A stretch of DNA of 64,000 nt from Callorhinchus milii. Its lineage: Eukaryota. The translations under genes and the position numbers were made by a program. The stretch is taken from NCBI RefSeq assembly GCF_018977255.1, contig NW_024704742.1:122390001-122454000 (forward strand). The letters are read 5' to 3'. Under the pieces are notes generated by a model, which worked only from the letters and a program-made list of their open reading frames with translations, made no database searches and was not told where the DNA came from. Every line of letters begins with the position of its first letter. The first letter of the stretch is position 1. Positions 51,301 through 64,000 of this stretch are shown here, piece by piece.

Positions 51301-52717
51301 ACGGCTGTCACTGAGTTAGGCTTGTGGATTCAACCACCATGTCAGAACTTTGAGCTCACAGTCTTGATTAACACCCCAAAGCAGAGACATCTTCTTTAAT
51401 ACTAAAGAGCCCTTGTCTAATTGCTCATGGTTCATTTACCTGACACTGGAGCATCTTCGTTTCTCTCCATTAAATTGCCTCTGCAGACCCGTATGTTGCT
51501 GTGATCAGAACTGTATGCAGTACTCCAGGTGTGGCCTATCACTGGCTATATAGTTTGAGTGTGACATTTGGGGATCTAAACTCAATTGATTTAGCAATAT
51601 AGCCCAGTATCCTGTTTGTCTTGTTTTTACTGCTGCGCACTGTTCTAACAGTGAACGGTGAGTCACTTTGAAGCGCTATGACACATTTTGATGATGTGAT
51701 AAGGTGCCGTATCAAATGCTGGCGTTATTATTATAATCAACAAGAGTAAACTTAATGCATTTGTAAAAGAGAAGCAAAAAAANGGGTGTAAGAGAGGCAA
51801 TTAGGATGGAGAGAGCCTCATGTGGAGTATAAACATCTGCACAGACTAGTGAATAGTCTGTTTCTGTGGAAAGGATATAATGAAGAACATTAGATGTTGG
51901 CCCTCAAGATTTTATTAAGGGAAAATAGTTAGTGATGCCTCCTTAGCATCTGAGCTCATTTCCAAACGATAATTAAATTCATAGAACTGGACTGGGGATA
52001 TGGAACAAAATATTATTAGTTATAATTGTTAAGTTGCTGTATGTGGATTGTTGACTGGTGTACTGGCAGAATGATAAAACCCCTGAGTAAACTGGGTCGA
52101 ATGTGAGTTCCATCATAGATCTCACATACTCTATGCATACACTCCAGTACAGTGTTGTGGGAGTGCAGCATTGTTGGGAGGTGCCACCCTTCGGATGAGA
52201 TGTAAAACCAAGGGCCTCTCTACCAGTTCAAGTGGATGCTAAAGATCCCATGGCACTATTCAAAAAGAGAAGGAAGTTTCTCCTAGTGTCCTGGCCAACA
52301 ATCCCCCAAATAAAATTGGTTATTCACTGTTTGGCTGTTTATGGAATTACCATGTGTAGATGGAATGCATGGAATTCTCAGTTTGGTTTGGATACTCTTA
52401 AGCTGGTAATGGGTTTCGTCATGTCTCAGACAGCTGGTTGACCCCCCAAAAATGTTGTGGAACACTGTTGTATGCATATATGGCTCCTGCATTCACCTAC
52501 AACATAGAGTACTGCACTCCACCATAAATCCTATGAAGCTCCTTGAGATGTCCTCCTGAGTTGAAAGGCACTATTTCAAATGCAAGGGCTGTTTAATTTG
52601 TTCAAAAAGTGAGAGAATCAAGTTGGAGAAAAGGAAATAAAGCAGGAAGCCCTCAGGATCACATGCATCAACTGAATGCCATTTTGGTGACCCAATCATT
52701 AAAAGATATCATGGCAC

Positions 52718-53102
52718 AATAATAATAATAATCCTTGCATTTGATATAGCGCTTTTCACGTCTTCTAGATGTCTCAAAGCGCTTCACAGAATATGCTGTA
52801 AAGTGAATTGACTTGTACATTTTGTGGGCAAAACGCAGCAGTCAATTGCACACAGAAGTGCCCCACCAACAGTCATAGATTGACTGACCAAATTATTATT
52901 ATTTAAAAAAATGTTTTAGAGGATTATTACCCCCGGAAAAGCAATCTGCCAATCAAATAACAAACGGGTTCCTACTTACCTCTAGGCAAACAGAGGAGCG
53001 TGGAGTAAACAAACTTGCCCAACGTTTCATCCTGCCTGGGAATCGAACCCAGGTCCTCTTGCTTGCGAGGTGAGTGCTCTAACCATTAAGCTACAGGACT
53101 CC
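52718..53102 (-). mobile_element. tRNA/Deu/L2-tail SINE, long variant
   Basis: Same structure as other long copies. Confidence 0.85.
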
Positions 53103-54894
53103 AGGTGATGGACATGGACAATAATAGAGCAGTAATAATAAGTTTGTTAACACCTTTAAACAAGATTAAGTACTACTTATTAGTAACTGCTGCATTAATT
53201 GCAGGCATCCTGTATATGTGGACAAGAAAAGATTTGTTACTCAGTCAGCCAATGAACAGATGCCTTGGCTTCTCCCTTCAATGTGCTGGGTAACAATATT
53301 AATACTTGGATTTGATATTACACCTTATCACTTCATTGAGATGTCTCAAAACACCTCACAGGATATACTTTAACGTGACTTGTAATTTTGTGGCTGAAAT
53401 GTGGCAGCCGGTTTGCACACAGCAATGTCCCACAAACAGCCATGGAGTGAGTGACCAATTTTATTTGGGGGACTGTTGGCTTAGACAAATTCCCTTCTTT
53501 TTTCGAATAGTGCCATTGAATCTTTAACATCCATCTGAACAGTCAGATGGGACCTAGTTTTAATGTCTCATCTGAAGAACAAGACCAAGTTATTGCATGC
53601 ATAGAATTGCATAGACTGATATAGCACAGAAACCTCATGCGTCAGCCTAGTTCAGTTGGTAGCATTCAGAAAGTTGAGGTTCAAGCACTACTTCAGAACT
53701 TTGAACTCACAAATTTAGACCAACACTCCAGTGCACTGCTGGGGGCATGCTGCATTGTCAGAGGTGTTGTCCTTTGGATAATATGTTGGATGTCAAAGAT
53801 CCCAATGGCACTGATTAAAAAGGGAAGGGAATTTCTCTTTTTGTAGTGGTCAACAATCCCTCAGATAAAATTGGTCATACAATTTCATGGCTATTCGTTT
53901 GACAATGCTGTGCACAAATTGGCTGTCGCATGCACCTACGAAATACACAGTCACTACACATTATAGTAAACTTTGTGAAGCGCTTTGAGACAACCTCCCA
54001 ACATGAAAGGCACTACAACAAATGCAATGATTATTATTATATATTATACATGTCAATCACTGATCTATTCCAGTGTTTATCCTCCACACGAGCCTCCACC
54101 TCTATGAATACCCTCTCCATATAACCCTTCTCACTCATGTAAGCATCAAATATCCTATTGAATACATTGATTCTTGACAAAGAGTAGCAGTTATTGCATA
54201 GAAAGTAAAAATATGTCATGGGATAATATCAGTTTACAGCACAGACGTGTATAGTTAAAGATGGAAAAATCAGACCACTGGCCAGCATCACATGTACCAA
54301 TTTCAATACTAACATGATTTGATATTCAATTTTATTTAGCGCCTTATCATGCCATTGAAGCATCTCAAACACTTCACAAGATTTAATAATAATAATAACG
54401 CTCACTTTTGAAATAGTGCCTTTTAACATTGTACGCAATTAACATGCGAGTGCTGCATGTATTTTTAGATTTCAGTGAATTAGACTCATTCTTTGTAAGC
54501 GATATAAATTGTCAACTAACATTGATATTCCTACTTTGAACCATCCATTTAAATAAAAATAATACTCCCCCATGGTTCAGTTCGTAAAATCAGTGCGTAG
54601 TGTGAGACTAAACCATACTCTGTGCTGAAGTAGCTATTCTTAGCTTGGAAAACAACAGGGACACCTCCAATTGTTCTCAGCTCTCTTGGGTTCAAGTGTT
54701 GAGGAATCAACCAGGCAAATGATGTGCAGCCAGAAAAAGCTATCAATGAAGATGAAGCTGATGGATTTCTGTCAATTCACAACTGCCTGAGAAGAAGAAT
54801 CAAGAATACAATAAAAACAAAAGCTGAAAGTTCACAGCTGGGCTCAGCGTTTGAACAAGAAACTGATGCTGAGTTCTGGGGAAGTTCCATGCCC

Positions 54895-55354
54895 GACATG
54901 TTAACCCAGCTTTTTGTTTCACACGCTGATCAATCCACAACTTGGCTCATTGGCAGGGATTGGAAGGTCAGATCAGTCAATGGGGGCAGGGACTCGTCCC
55001 CCTCAGCTCTCATTAACTCTGCCAAGCAAAGCCCCAATAGGTAGGGTGGTCCTAGCTGGACAAGCAGTGGGAAACCTTGCCAGATAGTGCTTTCAATGGC
55101 AAGCTATGTGGGTTTAGATGGTTATACTCCAGCAATTAGACTCTGGCTCTTGCCAAACTGCGCCTAATGCCCTCTAGAATTAGGTAAGCAGGATACATCC
55201 CCCCAGGGAGAGAGCACACATTCCATTCCAATAAACAGCTCTAGAATTTGCACGGTTAGGTGAAATGCATGGAACTCTCCATTTGGTTTGGATACTTTTA
55301 AGCATGGTGATGGATGGGTTTTTGCATGTGTCTCACACCTGATTGATCAAAAAA
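54895..55354 (+). mobile_element. Unclassified non-coding retroposon, long copy (about 10 copies in window)
   Basis: All copies share the 3' end GGTTTGGATACTCTTAAGC.TGGTGATGGGTTTC.GCA.GTGTCAGACACC.GGCTGACC + A-rich, with variable 5' extent. Confidence 0.7.
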
Positions 55355-57825
55355 GAGTGTGCATAAATTTAGTGGCAAAATAAATATTATCCTACAGAGT
55401 CTTCCCTCTTTGTGTAGTAAATCTGCATTGAATCCCCAGATATTACCATGTGCATCTACTGATATTTACTGTCTCAGAGTCAGGCATGGAGGTCTGTTGA
55501 GTTTAAACATACAGCATTTAACCACTTAGAACACCTAATACTGTAATTACATCCTGAAAATAACCTTCAGCTCAGCCTGGACTTCACTTCTTAACTCAAT
55601 TTCTTTTTCTCAAACTCCAGTGTAAAGTGTTCTTCAGATTACAGTCTTAAAAACAACTTTCCAAATTGGTGTGAATTTCCTGTGCCTCGCTGTTGATGCC
55701 TTTAGCACTTATGGAAGTGAAAAACTAAAGCTAAGATGCTGTTATGTACCCTGTATATATGTTCACATTTTTAATTATGTGTAAAAAAAGTTTATAGATT
55801 TCAATAAATCGCTTATGAAATTCTAGCTCTGACTATTTTCTTTTGGTCAGCTCAGCTGGTAGCACTCGCCTTTGAGTCATAGGTTCTGAGTTCAAGCTCC
55901 ACATTGGGTTTTGAGACTCATAATCAAGGCTCTCACTCCAGTGCAGTGCTGGGGGTAGTGCTTCCAGAGATGCTATCCTACAGATGTGGCAGTGTCTGTC
56001 TGCCTGTTCAGGTGAAACTTGAAGATCCCAAGGCACTTTGAAAAGGAAAGAGAATTTCCCCAGGTGTCCTAGCCTACAATTCTCCAGGTAAAATTGTTCA
56101 CTCGTGGCTTATGGTACAGTTCTGTAGCTTATTGGTTAGAGCACTCGTCTCGCAAGTGAGACAACTTAGGTTCAATTCCCATCAGGGCGAAACGTTGGGC
56201 AAGTTTCCTTACTTCACATGCTTCTGTTCAGCTTGCAGTAAGTAGGAACACAGTTGTTAGTGGATTGGCGGATCACTTTTCTGGGGGTAATAATCCCTTC
56301 CAACAAAAAAAAGTGTTCACTCATTCCACGACTAATTGTGGGACACTGCTGTGCGCAATTAGCTTCTGTGTTTCGCCCACAAAATATACAGACAATTTAC
56401 TTGTCTGCCGCAAATACAATCACTACACTTGCCAGTAATTCATGTATAGCACTTTGAGTCATTTTGATTACATGATGTGATGAAGTACTATATTAAATTC
56501 AGAGATTTTTATTGTTCCCGTTAGTTTTCAGCCCTCACTAGGTGATCTGGTTGTCACCTATCTCCAAATGCACTGTACAAGTGATAGAAAAGTATCAGGT
56601 CCCTATTGTAACATGAACAAAGGATTGTGTCTTTTTCTAGTGCTACTGGGAGGAGGTGTTGAATGAAGTGAATGTTTTCTTTCTGGATTGTGCATTTTAC
56701 AAATTGTTCATATTGTATTGAAAGCGATGTGTCTGCTGCAACTCACAGTTCAGAATGACAGGCAATAAATTAAAAAGATATTTGAGATTAACAATTCAGG
56801 CAGGTACAAAAAACTGCTTTATCAGGGAATATAATAGTTGCCTTGGAAACACATGAATCAATGGATGTTGCAGTCACTAACAAGAGAAGCTACATAAACT
56901 GTTGACTGCTTGCAGAAGCAAGGAAATTCCTCTCTCTCTGGGCCAACTGATATGGTTTGTTTTCAATTTCCACGCATAATTAAGAACCTGCATTATTAAT
57001 AATAAAGCCTCTCAACATTTAGGAGCAGTTTCATTACTGGAATATTAACTCCCTAAGATACATGAATAAACATCTGGAACAATATTTTAAAATAAAAGGA
57101 AAACATTGTGAACACTAATTATGCTCACCTTGCCGATCCTTCTTCTCTAGCTATTCTATCCTATTATCTATCATCACCTTTATATTATTTTCAAAAATGT
57201 TAATCATTTTCTATGTAATCCAGCAATGAATAGGCAGACAGGCTCTTCGTTTAATGACTTATCCAAAGGACAGAACCTCCAACAACAATCTCCAACCCCC
57301 AGCACTGCCCTAGACTCTCAGCCTAGACTGAGCTCAAAGTCCTGATTTGAGACTGAAATTTAACACTTTCAGACTCAAAGGTGAGAGTGCTATCAACTGA
57401 GTTAGACTGAAATCTGCATTTGTCAAAGATCAAATACTAACTCGTGACTATCTCCTTTGGAAGGTGAGAGAGGTAACAGCAACATTCATTTCACGCTGAA
57501 TTTTAAAACTCAGCCACTATCTCAATATTAGATTCATTTCTCCATTATCACAAAGTGATATAAACAGTTATTAAAAATGTAAGAGTAACTAAGAGCAAAT
57601 ACAGAGATCATTATTGCAACAGAGATGAATATCCTTTACGGATCCTTAAAGAGGAGCAACCCTACATTCTTGTTGTAACCTTATCTAAGACCTCAAGAAA
57701 AATTCATAGCAAAATCATGATAAATGAGGGAACTGATATACCTCAGAACAGTCAATATATGAAGATAGCCATGAATTCACAGATCATCTAAAATAATAGT
57801 TTCCTGATCTTTACTTACAACAAAT

Positions 57826-58146
57826 TAATAATAAATAATATATAATAATAATCCTTGCATTTGACGCTTTTCACGTCGTCTAGATGTCTCAAAGCGCTTC
57901 TCAGTATATACTGTAAAGTGAATTGACTGTATATTTGTGGGCAAAACGCAGCAGCCAATTGCTCACAGCAGTGTCCCACAAACAGTCATGGATTAAAGTG
58001 ACCAATTTATTATTGTTTTTTTCTTGAGGGATTATTATCGGGCATGTGGAGTAAGAAAACTTACCCAAGGTTCCGACCTGCCGGGAATCGAACCCCGGTC
58101 TTTCGCTTGCGAGGCGAGTACTCTAACCACTGAGCTACAAGACTCC
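57826..58146 (-). mobile_element. tRNA/Deu/L2-tail SINE, short variant
   Basis: Same head, core and tail. Confidence 0.88.
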
Positions 58147-58867
58147 TTAACTGAGGCTACCTATAGTTGTCATCAAAAGATAATTAAATTGTAGGGTATT
58201 TGCAAAATGCTTGTAAAGTGAAAGAAATTAGGAAGTAGAAACATTCACCTACCACCCCCATGCATACAATTGGGTAAAGTGAGAAGATTTTTTTAAAAAT
58301 AAGGGTTGTTAGAACATGAAAAATGCACAAGCATAAATAGTGTTGAAGCTGAGAACAGCATTTGAAGCCAGAACAGCATTTGAAAAAGAATTGAATAAAT
58401 ACTTAAGAACAAATAAAAGGATCTAGGGGAAGAGTTAGAAAATGGGATTGCTATAAATAGCTCCAGTAGAAGAGCTCAGCAGGCTCTAGGACTTTAAGCC
58501 AACTGGACTCCCCTGTGCTTATATTATTATATTATTAGGTGGCCATGTAGAATAGAGATGCAGGGTTGGATGAGCATTCTGGAGTTTAGCTTCATTACAT
58601 ACAGGGATCATGCAGTTTCTTTGTAGAATAATCCACAGGAGATAGTACTCGAGGGATCACAGATTGATTTAGATGAAGAAGGATCTTTGGCCCATCCAAT
58701 TTCACTTTCCAGAACAGCTACTTTACCGTTCCCCCATCAAGCTGCTTTTTAAATGAGTCCATTGTCCTGGCTGTAAATATCTTTGCTGTTCCAGTCGTTA
58801 ATTACTCCCAGAGTGAAGAAAAACGTTCTGGGATCTCACCTGAAATTGCCCTTTATAATTAAATAAA

Positions 58868-59135
58868 CATTGGCGGGCGGGCCTTCAGCCACTCTGCCCC
58901 CAACCACTGGAACTCCATCCCACAGTCCCTGCGCCTTGTCCCTCCCTTGCCTCCTTCAAGACCAATCGCAAGACCCTCCTTTTCGACTGTGTCTTTGGTC
59001 ACCCTCCTTCCCTTCCTGCCCTCCACCCTCCCCGATCCCGACCCCCAGCTTGAGTCTGAAACAATGACTATCCAGCGCCTTGGGATGTCCTCACGATATG
59101 AAAAGCGCTATACAAATGTAATTTGGTTGTTTTTG
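58868..59135 (+). mobile_element. L2 3' fragment
   Basis: GGRAFSHSAP..WNSIPQSLRL followed by L2 tail. Confidence 0.8.
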
Positions 59136-60939
59136 TGAACGTTCGTTCTCTTGATTTACTATCTCATCAGATATTGTGTCTTTCTGCACAGGAGAATGTC
59201 TCAAAGCGCTTAACAGAATTTAGGGTAGAATGACACTGAATTTGTAGGTTTTGCCCACAAAATATACAGTCAATTCACTTTACAGCATATTCTGTGACAC
59301 ACGTTGAGACGTCTCAAAGACATGATAAGCCGCTTTATCAAATGCAAGGATTATTATTATATATTATATTATATGAAGACCACTATTTGATTTTGTATTA
59401 AATTCCTTTACTTGATAGAACTCCAAAAGACAATAATGAAAGCATAATGTGAAAATGTATATAAATGAGTTCCCAAGATATAAGTACAGTACTTTTTCTG
59501 CCACTTGAAATTCTCACTTTCTCTTTTAAACAGACACTACTATATTTTGAAATAATTTCCCCCCACACCATCTCAGTATACAAACACCTCCATGACTCAC
59601 TCATGCTGTGTTTCAGTCAGACACAATTCAATGATGCATTTTGACTGAGGTGGAAGCTTAATCTAACACCTTTTTGCCTACTTTTGATGTTTGGAAATAT
59701 TTCTGGAATTAGATGGTATCTGATTTAATCCTTCAAGGCATGTGTTATACCAGGTTGCAGCACCAGTAGTGGCAGCTCACCACAAAACCAGCTGCCATGT
59801 TCCCTTCAGTGTACCAAGATGCTAGTTTGTAGTATAAAGGAAACTATTCAAATATTCAGATCATTGGGTTAAGGGGCAGCTGGCACAAATTTGGTGTCAC
59901 ATCTACTGACAGTCCACAGCCAAGGCACCTGCTATTTCTCTTCATAATATTGCCAGGATACAGTCTAGTGGTATCATCATAGAATCATACAGAACAGAAG
60001 GAGGCCATTCGGCCCATTGTGTCTGTACCGGTTCTTTTAAAAGAGCTATCCAAATCAATGATTAAAGTCAAATGGGACCCAATGTACAAATTACTGTACA
60101 GCTGGAGCTTCTGTTCTAGTGCATCTCACTTTAGAAAACATACTGTTCCAACTATTATTAATTTGGAAGCTGGTACAAATACACAGAAAAAAAGAACAGG
60201 AGTAGGCAACTCGGCCCATCGAGCCTGTTGCACCAGTTTATGGGATCTTGGCATCTTTTAATTCCAATACTCTAGCCCTTTGCCAGACCCCTTAAAGCAT
60301 CTAAATGCATTATCACAATTTTATATAAATATGCTAACTCTGAAAAACAAAAGCTACACTGTAAACCTGAGAAGCAAGATTTAGGACATAATGTGATACG
60401 ATAAACCTATCTTAAAAGAATTATTATTCAGTGTTATACACTGCATGGATATTAGGTTGACCATGTCAAAAGCAATTACATCAACAGAATTTAAAATAAC
60501 CTCTTCCTATATATCAAAATAAAAAGAAAATGAAATAAATCTTCTTTATAGTTGACTTAGAAAATGCAATAGTTTGACGACTCATATCAGAATATATGCA
60601 TTGCTGAGTTCAGGATCCAAATGACTAATCCGACGTTTTTATATCACAGCCTAATTGATGTGCTCTGTGAGTTTCCCTGAGTATCTGATGGACGGTTTTG
60701 TCAGCTGTTTTATTGAGCAGAGGTCAGAATCCGGACCACATGGAAGGCAGAGGTAAGATAGGCTTTCAGTTATGGCAATTTCAGTTGGTTTATGGTAATT
60801 ATTTCCTTAGAAGCTAATCATATGTTTATTCGCTGAGATGGGGTGTTATTCAAAATATTGAAGACTTGCATCTATAATGATTCACAAGTTTTACATTTAA
60901 ATGACAACAGTGCAAATAATGTGAACTGAAGGGGTTTAT

Positions 60940-61127
60940 CTTTGATGAGAGGCTGGGGAGCCTAGGATTATATTCCTTAGAGCAAGAGGTTAAGAGGCTA
61001 TTTGATTGAGGTATTTAGAATATTGAAAGGAATTGACAAGGTTAAATAGTAGACGACTTTTCTCCGTGATAGAGGGATCCATTACAAGGGGAGGCATAGT
61101 CGTAAATTCTGAGCCAAGCTAGTCAGA
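60940..61127 (+). mobile_element. CR1 LINE ORF2 3' fragment
   Basis: Degenerate ERLGSLGLYSLE.R.LRG.LIEVFRILKGIDKV..TRG CR1 C-terminal motif. Confidence 0.75.
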
Positions 61128-61177
61128 ACTGCTTCTCGGCCTTTTGCCTCAGATCAAGTGTAGTATCTATTTTGATC
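61128..61177 (+). pseudogene. U2 snRNA 5' fragment (nt 1-50), 3'-truncated
   Basis: ACTGCTTCTCGGCCTTTTGCCTCAGATCAAGTGTAGTATCTATTTTGATC versus U2 ATCGCTTCTCGGCCTTTTGGCTAAGATCAAGTGTAGTATCTGTTCTTATC: 43/50 by manual count. No Sm site or 3' stem-loops. Confidence 0.88.
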
Positions 61178-61827
61178 TATTGCTTCTTGGATTGTGCACC
61201 TGTCAGTGGTCTCCCTTTGAGGTTCAGTCATGTTAGGAAGCCACAATCTAAGCCTCTGCATGATTGTTCATGGGGGACAAAGCCACTGCCAGAGACTATA
61301 CCTTCATCCTCTGTTGGCTGGGATTGATAACGGGGTCTGATCTGAGGAGTTTGATCCGGCCTCACAAAGAGAAACTGCAAAACAAATCTATCTTGAGCCC
61401 TTTGCCACCAGGCTCAAGCCAGGCGAGCCTGGGCCGGAGAGGAAATAATAATAACAATAATCCGTGCTTATCACTTCATTGAGACGTCTCTCTGATCACT
61501 GAGACGTCTCAAAATGCTTCACAGAATATACTGTGAAGTGACTTGACTGTACATTTGCAATCCGGTCACTTAAGTTGCTCAGGTGGTCATGACCTGGGCG
61601 ATTAGAAAAGTGCGGAAATATTTGCCAAAAGTTGCGGGGAGATTTGAAAATTTTGTGGGCAATTTCCTGCAAATTTGACAAATTTGCAGGAAACGTCAGG
61701 GAGTTGATTGGTGCTATTGGGGTACATTTTACTGCCAACCTACATTTTTTCACTTTATTGATAAAAACTAAACATGAGGAAATAACACATATTAGACTGT
61801 TGCAAAAAAAAATGAATTGCTTCTTTA

Positions 61828-62250
61828 ACAAACAACAAGATTACACTTGTATAGTGCCTTTCACGTCGGGAGGACGTCCTAAAGCGCTGGACAGTGTACA
61901 GGATTTCAGACCCGAGCTGGAGTCAGGGGGGGAGAAGGGAGAGGAGCGGAAGGGGGGCTGGCCGATGGTATGGTCGAAGAGGAGGGCCTTGAGGTGGGAC
62001 TTGAAGGAGGCTAAGGAAGGGGTGAGGCGGAGTGATTGGGGGATGGAATTCCAGAGGTTGGGGGCAGAGTGGCTGAAGGCTCTCCCGCCAATGGTAGAGC
62101 AGGTGGATCGGGGACGTGAAGCAGGCCAGACCCGGCTGAGCAGTAGGAGCTGGTGGATTGATAGGGGATAGGATGTCACAGAGGTAGGGTGGGGTGAGGC
62201 CATCGAGGGCTTTGCAGGTGAAGGCCAGGATCTTGAACTCGATCCTCTGA
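61828..62250 (-). mobile_element. L2 3' fragment in RAB3C intron
   Basis: IGGRAFSHSAPNLWNSIPQSLRL..SFKSHLK followed by L2 tail. Confidence 0.85.
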
Positions 62251-62286
62251 ACAAAAACTCGGTGGCTTTTTTTTGGGGGGGGAGGG

Positions 62287-62500
62287 CAGACACAGAACAC
62301 AGCTCTCAGGGCCCAGCACTGCACACAGACTCAGAAAGAGACAGAAACACACACACTCAGAGACACATAGAGACACACATATACACAAACAGAGACACAC
62401 ACATTCACAGACACAGAGAGCAACACGCATACACAGACACACAGAGCGACACACATACACAGTCACACAGAGAGACACGCCCTCAGAAACACAGAGAGAA
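62287..62500. repeat. Compound (CA)/(GA) low-complexity microsatellite
   Basis: ACACACAGAG-type runs. Confidence 0.85.
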
Positions 62501-63214
62501 CTTAACTTGTTCTTAACTTTGAAGTTGTTTTTCTATTGTTCTTAAAAGCCTGGATCAGGGTTACCTTTCACCACCTACCCCCCCTCTTCCCTCAATCTCA
62601 GCTATATGAAGAGTAAAGTGAAATGACCTCTCAAGGTGAAAGGTGCTATATAAATGTAAATTGTTTTTATTGCTGCACGCAAATTGGCTGTTGCTTTCAC
62701 CTATAACTACAGTCAACTGACTTTATAGGAAAGCATTTTGAGACACTATGGGAGCAATATCAAATTCAAGGATAATTATTGTTATAAATATATGGAATAA
62801 TGCAATTTTTAGACATGAATGACAAAGAGAAGTTTTGCTTCTAATGGATCCAATGTCACTTCCTGTGTATTAGAATTGCTATCAGATTCAGTGATACATA
62901 AATCCATAACAGACACTTCCCTGATGGAAACTTTGGATCCCACTGTGCCCAAAACAAAATTTTAATTTTTGATGTGCATAAATTTTGTAAAATAATTCTA
63001 TATAATATGCAAAAAGAGAAAGCAGAATGAATGCGAAAAATAAAAGACAATAAATGGAGAGCAATATCAAGCTGGAAGAGAAGGAAAGAAGACAGGATAC
63101 TTTGCAATGTGGTGATCTGGTGTCAACCAGCTTGCGTTTTAAAAGGATATTGATTTGTTGGACAAAAAGTCCTTAATCCTGAGATGGCGACTGCTGTTAA
63201 CAACAATACTTGTT

Positions 63215-63540
63215 GTGGAGTCCTGTAGCTCAGTGGTTAGAGCACTCGCTTTGCAAGCGAGAGACCTGAGTTCAATTCCAGACAGGGCGAAACCTTGGGC
63301 AAGTTTCCTTACTCCACACGCCTAATAATAATCCCTCCAAAAAACAAAACAATAATAAATTGGGCATTTTCAATCTACGACTGTTTGTGGGACATTGCTG
63401 TGCGCAATTGGCTGCCGCGTTCGCCCACAAATATACAGTCAATTCACTTTACAGTGTGTTCTGTGAAGCGCTTTGGGACGTCCTCCCGACGTGAAAAGCG
63501 CTATATCAAATGCAAGGATTATTATTATTATTATTATTAT
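63215..63540 (+). mobile_element. Full-length tRNA-derived SINE (tRNA head + Deu-type core + L2 tail), short variant
   Basis: A-box TAGCTCAGTGG, B-box-like GAGTTCAATTCC, core CTGTTTGTGGGACA.TGCTGTGCGCAATTGGCTGCCGCG, tail shared with L2, (TTA)n end. Confidence 0.9.
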
Positions 63541-64000
63541 ACTTATCATAATAATCCTTGCATTTGATGTCTATCAAAACCAATGCCTTATCACATCATT
63601 GAGACGTCTCTCCTGACGTGAAAGGAGCTATACAAATGTAATTTGTTGTTGTTGCTTTCTCCCCACTCCATTACCTGCTGCCTCTGCTCGGCTGGCTCTG
63701 GCCTCCTGCTTGTCCCTCGTCCCCTCTGCCCTACCATCGGTGGCTGCACTTTCAGACATTACGCCCCAAAGCTTTGTAATTCTCTACCCCAATCCCTCCA
63801 CCTTAACCCCTCCATCTCCTCTTTTAGATCACAACTAAAGTCCTTCCTCTTCGGCTGTGCTTACAGTCACCTCCACCCTTCCCTGGTGTCAGGTTCTGGC
63901 ATTGTTAAGCGCTCTGAGGCATTGCCCTGCGCAAAGGGTGCTATATAAATGCAAATTGCTGCTACTGTTATAAAAAAGATACAGTGTAAGATAAACCATA

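Noticed and set aside
59755..59780. CTCF-like CCAGTAGTGGCAGC
   Set aside because: One base short in the core spacing; poor match.
61128..61177. Functional U2 snRNA gene
   Set aside because: Only ~50 nt with 7 mismatches; no Sm site or 3' half, and the upstream sequence is CR1 rather than an snRNA promoter.
63217..63290. tRNA gene
   Set aside because: tRNA-like A/B boxes run directly into the SINE body and recur in many copies; these are SINE heads.
48307..64000. Earlier RAB3C exons (WDTAGQERY, GKTS)
   Set aside because: No matching minus-strand sequence seen; the region is read as one long intron.

Overview
Vertebrate genomic DNA. The repeat landscape (tRNA-head/Deu-domain SINEs with L2 tails, L2, CR1, Penelope ends) suggests a cartilaginous fish, probably a holocephalan; this is inference. 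Two genes end tail-to-tail. On the + strand lie the last 8 coding exons of PDE4D (cAMP phosphodiesterase 4D: LR2 linker, catalytic domain and C-tail, 7794-18894, 3'UTR to ~21000). On the - strand lie the last 2 coding exons of RAB3C (48306-48182 and 46324-46137, 3'UTR to ~43550), followed by a long RAB3C intron running off the right end. The rest is intronic or intergenic and rich in retroelements. Most notable: (1) a 90-nt sequence joined twice to the identical position of a Deu-SINE, once with an 11-bp target duplication (a SINE-targeting element or a templated insertion); (2) a Tyr-to-Phe change in the PDE4D active-site YHN motif; (3) a U2-snRNA-headed chimeric insert; (4) Penelope ends with minimal hammerhead cores; (5) a candidate RNA duplex in the PDE4D 3'UTR; (6) an inverted L2 pair sharing a frameshift; (7) an unclassified 5'-truncated retroposon family; (8) divergent CTCF motifs between the genes. 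Repeat boundaries were read by eye and are approximate, and comparisons to human sequences are from memory.
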